A stretch of DNA of 64,000 nucleotides from Azolla caroliniana (Eukaryota > Plantae > Polypodiophyta), in NCBI GenBank assembly GCA_043228905.1, contig JBHGNT010000021.1, positions 6,014,001 to 6,078,000 on the forward strand. The letters run 5' to 3'. A program made the position numbers and the translations under genes. This document shows positions 24,717-35,355 of the stretch, one piece after another (within the stretch, counting starts at the first letter, position 1; the number at the start of each line of letters is the position of its first letter). A model generated the notes under the pieces. That model saw only the letters and a program-made list of their open reading frames with translations, was not told the origin of the DNA and did not search any database.

Positions 24717-25974
24717 CTCCTCCTCAAGCTCAACTTGAGATCATGATGTGTCAGCTCCAGTCGGTTCTAGCCTCTGGCTTCTTCTAGCGTCTTTATGCCT
24801 TGCCTGCGCTCTTCTTCAGATCTGGTCCCATGTCCCACAACCCGTCTGGTCCAAGGCTTCTTGACCCATCTAGTTTTGAGCACCTCGACCCCTACGGTCG
24901 ACATCTTTAGACATTTATCAACTCCCTCGTTGTCATGACATTGGCGTCCCTCGACCCATCGATTCTTATGTATCGGCGTCTGTTTTGGCTGCCCTCTTGT
25001 CCGCTTGGCCTTCATGCGATTTGGCTCTTCTGAATCATACCACTTGACTGAATCAATTGTCTTCGATTCGTTTCTGCTCTTGTCTAAATCAGTTGTCTCC
25101 GATTCACCTTCTTTCTGGCCCTTGACCGCATCTGCTGATGTCTTGGTCATAGCCTTCACTTGGTCAGCTTTGCCCTTCTTTGGTCTGCCACCAATCTTGC
25201 CTCTTAGCTCTGCCTCCCCCTTGTTCGGTTGGCTTCGGCTCTAGCTCTTTCTTTTGATTGCTCCCCCTGCATCTGGCTAGTCTGCACTTAGCCATATCTT
25301 CTTCCATCTATCCACACGACCGTCATGTACTCGGCTTCTTTAGAAGACCAGGACGTTCCGACTTCTTCAGTCGTTCTGAAATCGAATTGCTCATCCAATT
25401 CGGCTTCTTGGACATCTCTCCCAGGTAAAAGCATGCGAGTGGAAACACTATTATAGCTAATTAGCTACTAAAATGGCCATAGCTAATTAGCTATTTGTTT
25501 AGGTAGTCTTTTTTGTGGGAAAATCAAATATTTGAAAAACTAATTTATGAAAAAACTCAAATATTTGAACTTCTGTTTCAGACGTAGTGGAACTTGGGGA
25601 ATAGCACCATCATCTAAGGTCGACTTCAATGTCATCAATTTCCTGTTTAACCTAAGTCTGATTTTGAACGCAGATGGAGTACTTAGAGCACGAACGCAGA
25701 CGTAGCTTCCGCAACAACAGAAAATCGACATTGCAGATTGAGAGCTACAACATAAAACCCGCTCGATCATCGTCTAGGTATGTTTCAGTTACAAAAACCC
25801 CAAACATTTGTTTTTTCTTTTTGACTACTGTCTGAACTTTGGTGTCGATTCATATTTCCCCAAAATCAAATAGGGCGAAGTCCTTGGAGTCCCATACAAG
25901 GATGTCTCGCAAATCGGGGAGTAGCAACAAGTGTGTTTATATTACTTTTTTTGTATTTAATCCTGTCTTTAGTG

Positions 25975-26550
25975 ATGATTGGGGTTTCTGATTGAAATTT
26001 CTGATTAGGGTTTTTGTTTATAAATTTTTTATTAGAATTTTTTATTAGGGTTTGTGATTGAAATTTCTTGATTAGGGTTTCTGATTGAAATTTCTGATTA
26101 GGGTTTTTGATTATAAATTTCCGATTAGAATTTCTGAATAGGGTTTCTGGTTACAAATTTTGATTACAGATTAGAATTTCTGAATAGGGTTTTTGTTTAT
26201 AAATTTTTGTTTAGGATTTCTGATTAGGGTTTGTGATTGAAATTTCTAATTAGGGTTTCTTATTGAAATTTCTGATTAGGGTTTTTTATTATAAATTTCT
26301 TATTAGAATTTCTGAATAGGGTTTCTGGTTACAAACTTCTGATTACAGATTTTGATTAGGGTTTTTTGATTTCAAACTTCTGATTACAGATTTTGATTAG
26401 GGTTTCTGATTTCAAATTTATGAATACAAATTATGATTAGGGTTTCTGATTTGCTAAGTTAAAGATTTTGCACCATTTTTGTTGTTGTTGATTGGGGTTT
26501 CTGATTCTCACATATTCTGATTTTGCACTATTTCTGATTTCTGAAATGAT
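25975..26550. repeat. Degenerate AT-rich repeat with about a dozen TAGGGTTT (telo-box) cores, probably intronic
   Basis: Recurring CTGATTAGGGTTT...GAAATTT; ends at a TTTCAG acceptor (26557). Confidence 0.85.
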
Positions 26551-26557
26551 ATTTCAG

Positions 26558-27904
26558 ATGGCTCGTTCCTCCGTATACGAGAGTGCTAAACTTCGCAAAA
26601 TTTTGCGAGACAAAGGAGGACTTCCACAACACCTATGGTCTGTCACTCTAGGGTGTTGACCCTGCTATCCTAAGTGATAAATTGATCAGTGATGTAGACT
26701 GGATGACAGTATATACAGTGCTTAGAGTCAAAGGCAAGGTTAAGCTGAAGCATGTACGAACCGACTTGTATGATGACTACATGAGGCTGCACCAGAAAGT
26801 TCATCAGGAGATCCCAGTCAACAATGAGTTGTTAGTTTCATTTGCTAGAGCATTTGCATATGAGTACTGCAAAACAACGAAGGAATCCAAAGACCCTGAA
26901 ATGTATAGGGTAGCTTGGGTAGTCTATGGTGAGGCATCGGTAAAAAGATGCCGAAAGATGGGGACCTTGGCACAAAAAATAGACAGATTTTGGAGCATGG
27001 CAGCTGTTGATGCAACTGCCGACGCCCAGCAAGACCGGGGGCATACACCACACCGACACCCAAGGAAAGCCAATGTCGATGATACAGGTGAGACATTGGT
27101 TAGCTATATGCTTAAAAATGTCCATGAAGCCTGTGAGACATTGGCATTTTTTAAGACTGATTTAGAGAAAGCCACAATGGCTTCTGCAATGGAGAGCAAA
27201 GTTACTTCCGATGTTACAACGATTAGAAATAAGATTCAGGTAACTATTGTTTTGCTGGTATGTGATTGTGTTATAAATAACTTTAAGGGTAAAATGTGCT
27301 AATCAAGCATTATCTGGAATAGGTTGTGCAACAGGAGCTTGAATTAGAGGGGCCACTGGATCCCCAACGTAAAATACAACTGCAAATAGAGATCCAGGTT
27401 CTTTCAATGAACTTGGACCTTCTAGGTGTAAATATTGTTGCAGATTACAATTTGGATAAGCTTCAAGTAAGTTAACGATTCCTGAGCAAAGTTGGTGTAT
27501 CTTTCAACAATAGGAATAATTAATCGGTAAATTTCTTTGTTGCGTTGAAGGAACAATACATTTATCAAGAACAGGTAGTTAGCTGCCTTAAGAAGCAACT
27601 ACATTTTGTGGAGGGAATGGTAAGGACCAGACAGGATTTGGACCTGAACATTCTTGCTCCCTTACCAAATGAAGCAGAACCAGAAAATGATTTATTGACA
27701 GTTCAAGCACGTTGCATCGCTTGCGGGTTAGGTGTCGAGGACAAAACTGCGTCTTTGTTGGTTCACCTACAACCATGCAACCACACATACCATCTGCTTT
27801 GTTTTCAACATGCCTGTCGAATTGCTGCATTCTGTATGGGAGATTGCAGTACAGCTCTACCAAATGAGTGGAGAAAACTAACAGGTATACCATACTGTAG
27901 CTAA
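26558..27904 (+). pseudogene. K accessory gene 1: spliced gene, unknown N-domain + coiled coil + C-terminal RING-H2-like finger
   Basis: Exons 26558-27239, 27323-27466 and 27551-27904 join in frame over GT-AG introns. CIAC...PCNHTYHLLC...CMGDC. One TAG at 26649. Upstream exons are possible at ~25674-25930. Confidence 0.75.
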
Positions 27905-27919
27905 TAAGCTTAGTCTTTT

Positions 27920-29255
27920 CTAATTAGCTAAGCCGTAAAAAGTATGGAAACTATTTTGCTGCTATCGTTGTAGCTAATTAGCTACTACCATAGTTGATTA
28001 AAGCAGCTAATAGCTATCCTATTAGTTAATTACCTACTGCCATAGTTTACTACAATAGTTAATTAGCTAAGTGGCAGCTAGTTAGCTACTAGCTAATTAG
28101 CTATCCTACTGGCAGCTAATTAGCTAATGCCAGCTAGTTAGCTACTAGCTAATTAGCTACTCATAGCTAATTAGTTAGCACCATAGTTGTGTAAAGTAGC
28201 TAATTAGCTATCCTACTAGCTAATTAGCTACTGGCAGCTAATGAGCTACTAGCTAATTAGCTATCCTAGTAGCTAATTAGCTATGGTACTATCTAATTAG
28301 CTAGTACCATAGTTGTGTAAAAAAGCTAATTAGATATCCTACTAGCTAATTAGCTACTGCCATAGTTGTGTAAAGTAGCTAATAAGCTATCCTAGTAGCT
28401 AATTAGCTATGGTACTAGCTAATTAGCTAGTACCATAGCTAGTACCATAGTTGTGTAAAAAAGCTAATTAGCTACTGGCAACTAATTAGCTATCCTACTA
28501 GCTAATTAGCTATCATAGTAGCTAATTAGCTATTGTCATAGTTGTGTAAAGTAGCTAATAAGCTATCCTAGTAGCTAATTAGCTACTAGCAGCTAATTAG
28601 CTATCCTAGTAGCTAATAAGCTATCCTAGTAGCTAATTAGCTACTAGCAGCTAATTAGCTATCCTAGTAGCTAATAAGCTATCCTAGCTACTACATAGTT
28701 GAGAAAGTAGCTAATTAGCTATCATTGTAGCTAATTAGCTAGCCTACTAGCTAATTAGCTATCCTAGCTACTACCATAGTTAGTAAAGTAGCTAATTAGC
28801 TATCCTAGCTACTACCATAGTTGAGTAAAGTAGCTAATTAGCTATCCTAGCTACTACCATAGTTGAGTAAAGTAGCTAATTAGCTATCCTAGCTACTACC
28901 ATAGTTGAGTAAAGTAGCTAAATAGCTATCCTAGCTACTACCATAGTTGAGTAAAGTAGCTAATTAATTAGCTATCCTAGCTACTACCATAGTTGAGTAA
29001 AGTAGCTAATTAATTAGCTATCCTAGCTACTACCATAGTTGAGTAAAGTAGCTAATTAGCTACCATAGTAGCTAACTAGCTATCCTAGCTACTACCATAG
29101 TTGAGTAAAGTTGCTAATTAGCTATCGTACTAGCTAATTAGCTATCCTAATTAGCTATCATACTAGCTTATTAGCTATCGTACTAGCTAATTAGCTATCC
29201 TAGCTTCTAACATAGTTTAGTAAAGTAGCTAATTAGCTATCCTAAATAGCTGCCA
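27920..29255. repeat. Array of the palindrome TAGCTAATTAGCTA and its derivatives
   Basis: Dozens of copies, with a ~41-bp higher-order unit near 28740-29110. Confidence 0.97.
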
Positions 29256-29266
29256 TGTTATTGTAG

Positions 29267-30813
29267 AATCTTGTGGATTAAGGACGGCACATGATGTGTC
29301 TGGTGCTGATGACGCTGCAACAGAGGACGATACTGCTGCCAACGTGGCTGAAAGTAAGAGTCCTGCTATCACATCTCCTTCAGATCAGCTCCACCCTATT
29401 CTTTTGGAACAGTGTACTGAATTAGGCAACGATGTGAAATGCCATGAAATAGTGGAAACAACATGTAAAACTGAGGTTCACAACAACAGTGTTTATGAAC
29501 ACTTGATGCAACATTTCTTCGAATCTCAAGACCTTGATGCTAGGGTTTTATGAAGTTTTATTATCCTGTTGGACAAGTAAAACCTCAGATTGGTTGTTGC
29601 TTGATCCACATTATGTAATGGAACTCTATGATGTTTTTCCAAGATAATTTGAAGAGTGTTGTTCTATGACTGAAACTCTTTGATGTTCAGGATGTTGTTT
29701 TGTGAGATTGTTAGTTACTTTGTGAGTGTGAATATGTTGGGGTTTTCTGATGTTGCAGAGTCTAAAGGGTTTGATTCTATTGCTCGTAAGGCCAATGGCA
29801 GTGTGGATACTGTTGATGTTGTGGCATGTTTAAAGGGCCCCATCTTGAAAGTAGATGTAGCAACTGACACAAGTGATCTGGTCACACAAGTTGATCAAGC
29901 ATGTTGCACGGATGACTTGGGGTTGCAGGTAGATGCAGCATGTAGCACGGATGACTAGGTGTTGCAGGTAGATGCAACATGTAGCACGGATGACTTGGTG
30001 TTGTAGGTAGATGCAGCATGTGATACTAGTGGACTGATATCGAGCAGATCAGTAGCTACATGCACCGAGGTAATCCAAGGATTGATAACTAAGTCGACAA
30101 AACAAGAGCACCAGAATGTGAAGCCAGGCCCAACACAGTCAACTAGGGGTTTGAAGAGGAAAAGGACGCCTGTTGTGTCGGCCGAACCTGAGCTGATTGA
30201 GATTGATCGTATCCTACCAGAAAATGGTGTAACAGCGGCTCAGTTTCAGGAATGGAAACCTAAACCACTAGAATTCGAAAGAAGAGCCTTGATCTTGGAG
30301 CTTGATAAAGTCTTGATGAGTGTGAGATATATGCAGCCAAGGAGGCACGCGAATTAGTTTCTAGAGTGGGTTGTGCAATACTTTGATGTGTTTATTTGGA
30401 GTGAAAAACCAAAATTAGATGTGTGGAAGTGTTTGGCAAGATTCTTCCCAAAATGGGGAAGTCGTTTTAAAGGTCAATGGGCACGAGAAAATTGTGAGCA
30501 AATGGAAGCTGCAAGATTCAAGAGACTTTCTGATTTTTGGGCTACTTGGCCTGAATATAATGCCGACAATACATTGATTTTGGATACAGAACATTTCTGG
30601 CACTACTTCAATATTTGGAGATGTTGTCTCATTCTACCCGAGGAAATGCCTGAACAGTACCTGGTGCAAACAGTGAGCTGCCAACTAGGTGCATGGTTGT
30701 GGACTCCATACCGAGCTCAATATGCGGATAATATATGTAGACTCGTTCCATTGACTAGCAAGAGCTTAGCTATTTATAGGAGATTTGTAGACATTTCCAA
30801 TGGTAATTTATAA
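29267..30813 (+). pseudogene. K accessory gene 2: acidic low-complexity region + FCP1/NIF (HAD-fold) phosphatase-like domain
   Basis: ORFs 29680, 30082 and 30373 share a frame, with TAG stops between them. LILELDKVL...PRRHAN*FLEWVVQYFDVFIWS...QWARENC...FKRLSDFW...YNADNTLILD follows NIF-domain motif order. A 39-bp coding repeat lies at ~29899-30020. Confidence 0.65.
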
Positions 30814-31160
30814 ATATGTAAAGAGATGACATTATTCAATGAAGAATTTAATTACTTGTTCCCACTGTACTTATCTATTGTGTAATTGAGGAATATGTTG
30901 CAGATTGTTGATTTCATGCTATTGATGACTATTTAGCTATTGACAACTAATTAGATGCATTTGTACAGCTAATTAGCTACCGATGACTATTTCGCTATAA
31001 CTTATAACTTAAAACTTAACAAAAAAGACATGATTTTATTAAGAAAGAAGCACAGAAAGCAGACTGTATACAAGAAATTGATTCTCAAACGAATTTATTT
31101 AACTGTTTTCGCGAAATACATGTTTGTTTTACAAGAGAACATGGTAAGTGCTACTTGTAG

Positions 31161-33002
31161 CTACAAATTCCATGGCATACTATTGTAAATACATTCATAC
31201 ACATTAGCACCAACAGTATATAAACCTGAGCAACCATTGTATTCTGACATTGGGACGTTGATGCACCTGACCAAATGAGAGTACATGTACGCCGCTGGTT
31301 TGTCTTCTAACAGCCTATACACATATTCGTAGTCATCTAGTTTTGCATAAAAAATGCCTTTGATGTAGAATGTCCCTGCAGATACAAAATTTCCCCATGC
31401 ATCTACAATATTCTGCCTTGCACACTGTTTACTAACCGTGCACTTTCATATATAGAAATCAACACCCTCTGAATTGCCTTCTTCAACATTTACAGCGAAG
31501 TTATCCCCAACGTTCAAGACATCACTCAAAGTATCTCCAAGTCCCTCATATGTGAAGTCAGCATTCTGCCCTGTTTCTCCATCAACTGCTTCCTTATCAT
31601 TTAGAGTGTGATACTCCCAATTCTGAATGTATGCTTTGTTTAGACAATATCTCCAATTTCCCTGCACACAATGGAAGCAAAAACAAGTCAATTCTCTAAC
31701 CGCAATACAATGACCATCCAACCTGGAATAACCACGAACAACATGCAGAGATCGCAATTCAGGAATTCCTTGGCACTCCTAGATCTTCTTCCTATTTACT
31801 TCATCTATCTTCACTTCCCAAAATTCACGTTTGATATCTCGGACTTGCGAGGAATAAACACATGTTGCACTCGTTGACATATTTGTTCTTAAAAATTCAA
31901 CTACATGTGATGCACAATTCATGTGCACACCATCTGTCTTTAGTTGTTCATGGGTAAGTGCCCGCTTTATAACAGCCCATGCACCATCATGTTCACCTTT
32001 ACCATGGCCAGACCCAAAAAAATTCCATCTCATCTCCAAACCTGTTATAGCAGGATACCTCCCCACAAAATAAAATGGACGTCGAGCCTTGAATTGTGAC
32101 GCAGCTCTGTCAGACCAGACCCAATGTTGAGTAAGCTCCAAACGTTGAGCTAATAACCACTGCCAATGTAACTTAAAACAATGTTGGACGAACAAGGTAT
32201 CATGCTTCTTATCATCGGAAATAAAGAAATGAATTACTTTTTTAACATCACCTGAAACTCGAAAATATGTTATGTGCACAAAAATGGTTACCTGAACTGA
32301 ACACCAATGCATAGATTGAATTTCATTCTGCTGCTTGAAAGTATAATTCTCTGCGAAATCTACTACTGAGACTACTACATCATTTGGGAAATCAGATATG
32401 CAAGTCTTAAACTGATGGGCCTGCCATGAATAAATGAAGTTGTGTTTAATGAACTTTCCTAGAGATACTACAAACAGAGACACCAAATCCCTTGGTTTAA
32501 GCATCTTCCGAACTAGATCCTTTCTTTTACACACCTTTCCTTCGAAATTGGTGTTCACTGACTCAAAGAACTTCACAGAGATCAATATTTCACTACTCAA
32601 TTCATTTGGACACCACCTAAATCTAGTAGGGCCACAATCTTGACATAAACCCATGACACATTTATGAATATGGAAGATAACGTCAGTTTCTCTCGGACAC
32701 AATATTGAATCTAATAAATAACTCATGGAAGAGATAACGTGCTTAGATGATTTACACTCCTCTTGCAGGCTTGATCGACAGATTGGGCACCCACATGTGC
32801 AAACTGTATTAGTTAGGGATGCACTATGGTGACGCAGTAGATTAACAGAGTCCTTCAGAAAACCCATATGTACATGGTAAATGCAACAACATGTGTATCG
32901 ATCCTTTAAGCGTCTCACAAAGTGTGGCTTAAGAGACTCGAATGTTCATAGTTGAACTTTGATAGTTGGATGCATTCGTTTGAACCTAATAAATAAATCG
33001 AC
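31161..33002 (-). pseudogene. Sola2-like DDD transposase, main exon, 3 in-frame stops
   Basis: CCCIYH, CVMGLCQDC, VDFAENY...EIQSMHW, ISDDKKHD, WSDRAASQFK, FFGSGHGKGEHDG...KR, RSLH...RELTCFCFHC. ORFs 31779-32918 and 31446-31757 share a frame that ends PWNL* at 31161. Confidence 0.85.
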
Positions 33003-33034
33003 CTGCGTAATAAAGGGGAATTAATTATTCTCGT

Positions 33035-33555
33035 AACTAGCTAACTATCCTAGTAGCTATTCTAGTAGCTAATTAGCTATTCTAGTAGCTTATTAGCTAT
33101 TCTAGTAGCTAATTAGCTATTCTAGTAGCTTATTAGCTATTCTAGTAGCTAATTAGCTATCATGGTAGCTAATTAGTTGTCCTAGTAGCTAATTAGCTAT
33201 CATGGTAGCTAATTAGTTGTCCTAGTAGCTAATTATCTATCATGGTAGCTAATTAGTTGTCCTAGTAGCTAATTATCTATCATGGTAGCTAATTAGCTGG
33301 TCTAGTAGCTAATTAGCTATCATGGTGGCTAATTAGCTATCCTAGTAAGCTAATTAGCTATCATGGTAGCTAATTAGCTTTCCTAGTAGCTAATTAGCTG
33401 GTAATAACGAAATAGCTAACTAGCTACCATGATAGCTAACTAGCTACCATTACAGCTAATTATCTGGTAGTACCTCAATTAGCTATTGAGAATAGCTAAT
33501 TAGCTATCATGGTAGTAGCTATTGAGAGTAGCCAGTTACCTATGTAGTAGCTATC
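33035..33555. repeat. Second TAGCTAATTAGCTA array (~20-bp period), in a probable transposase intron
   Basis: Lies between a minus-strand donor (~33539) and the acceptor CGCAG at 33003-33007. Confidence 0.95.
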
Positions 33556-33742
33556 CTGTTTTTCTACTAACACCAATTACCTTAGATAGCTCACTGGTGT
33601 TTATATCGTCAACATCACTATTAAGTAACATCATTACACTAGACCTTTTTAAGACAAGATCATCTTCTGACCTGCTCATGGATACGAAACTATTACGAAG
33701 ATTATTTACTAAAATAGATGATATGTTGAGGAGGCGATCCAA
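33540..33742 (-). pseudogene. Possible upstream transposase exon (HTH-like LSKVIGVSRKT)
   Basis: 63-aa ORF on the transposase strand, followed by a GT donor; weak. Confidence 0.4.
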
Positions 33743-33871
33743 GACCGACCAATGGCGACAACTAAGTGTAGAATGTTGCCGTTGGATGAGTGAACTCCGT
33801 CAAATCGAAATGTGGAAGCAATCCGGGACTAGACAGTAGCGACAACTGAGTATAGAATGATGGCAATGGAG

Positions 33872-34776
33872 GAGAGAACCCCGTCAGATTGAACAGTTAC
33901 CGGTGATGCTTGGAACGCACATAGAAGGAACCGAGAGTAGAGTGGCACAAAGAAGAGAACCCGGTCAGATTGAACAGCTCTTTGATGATGCTTGGAACGC
34001 ACAGTAGCGGCCCCTGAGTGTAGAGTGGCACAGAGAAGAGAACCCGGTCAGATTGAACAGCTCTTTGATGATGCTTGGAACGCACAGTAGCGGCCCCTGA
34101 GTGTAGAGTGGCACAAAGAAGAGAACCCTGTCAGATTGAACAGCTCTTTGATGATGCTTGGAACGCACAGTAGCGGCCCCTGAGTGTAGAGTGGCACAGA
34201 GAAGAGAACCTCGTCAGATTGAATAGCTCTTTGATGATGCTTGGAACGCACAATAGCGGCCCTTGAGTGTAGAGTGGCAAAGAGAAGAGAACCCCGTCAG
34301 ATTGAACAACTCTTTGATGATGCTTGGAACGCACAGTAGCGGCCCTTGAGTGTAGAGTGGCAAAGAGAAGAGAACCTCGTCAGATTGAACAGCTCTTTGA
34401 TGATGCTTGGAACGCATAGTAGCGGCCCCTGAGTGTAGAGTGGCACAGAGAAGAGAACCCCGTCAGATTGAACAACTCTTTGATGATGCTTGGAACGCAT
34501 AGTAGCAACCCCTGAGTGTAGAGTGGCACAGAGAAGAGAACCTCGTCAGATTGAACAACTCTTTGATGATGCTTGGAACGCACAGTAGTGGCCCCTGAGT
34601 GTAGAGTGGCACAAAGAAGAGAACCCCATCAAATTGAAGAGCTCTTTGATGATGCTTGGAATGCACAGTAGTGGCCCCTGAGTGTAGAGTGTCATAGAGA
34701 AGAGAACCCCGTCAGATTGAGCAGCTCTTTGATGATGCTTGGAACGCATAGTAGCGGCCCCTCAGTGTAGAATGGC
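33872..34776. repeat. 83-bp tandem repeat, ~11 copies
   Basis: Unit GAGAACCCCGTCAGATTGAACAGCTCTTTGATGATGCTTGGAACGCACAGTAGCGGCCCCTGAGTGTAGAGTGGCACAGAGAA; the ORF track repeats every 83 bp. Confidence 0.98.
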
Positions 34777-35355
34777 GGCAGGTGGACTTGATAGGGTTTA
34801 GCAACAGTGGTAGCAACTAACCCACAATGCTCAACTAGAGATGGCCTACGTGATGTGGCAAAGGATCATGCATAATGGACCTAGGAATTCGATATATAAT
34901 TTATGGTACACATTTATGGTGCACACATCAATTTATGGCACTCATTTACATATGTAATTAAAACAGTCTAGTATTTTCAATGGTAGTTTTTTGCATACTT
35001 AATTTATTAATGATGGCTTTTTACTAAAATGACTATTTATCAATGGTAGCTTTTTGCATAGCTAATTAGCTATGTCAAGGACATAGCTAATTGTTTCCAC
35101 TCGCATGCTTTCACCCTCCCCCTTTCTCCTTTGCTTCGGCTTTCACTTCTCGCCCCCAAGTTCGGCAAGTCAAGATGTTGTAGGCCAAGAAGAGTCGAGA
35201 ATTGCCGCAACTTGTCCAGGCCAAGTTCGACTTCACTAGAGAGGACTCACTCGTGGACAAAATGGTAGTGCATCTCAATGTGCTTTGTCTGGAAGTGGAA
35301 GACGAGGTTTTTAGCGAGTTGGATGGTGTCGAGGTTGTCACAGCGAAGTGCATAC

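Larger units (their letters stand above)
25423..35116. mobile_element. DNA transposon K, Sola2-like, 9.7 kb
   Basis: 25-bp TIRs (A/G)GGT(A/G)AAAGCATGCGAGTGGAAACA at 25423-25447 and 35092-35116; TSD TCCC (25419-25422 / 35117-35120); DDD transposase inside. GRG termini with a 4-bp TSD fit Sola2. Confidence 0.85.

Noticed and set aside
25975-26550. Interstitial telomere
   Set aside because: There are no tandem TTTAGGG runs; single cores sit within a longer unit.
33872-34776. CRISPR-like array or repeated 67-aa ORFs
   Set aside because: The whole 83-bp unit repeats with no unique spacers, there are no cas genes and the context is eukaryotic; the ORFs are a by-product of the repeat.
25423-35116. 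K as CACTA, hAT or Mutator
   Set aside because: The termini are not CACTA, the TSD is 4 bp rather than 3, 8 or 9, and the transposase motifs differ.
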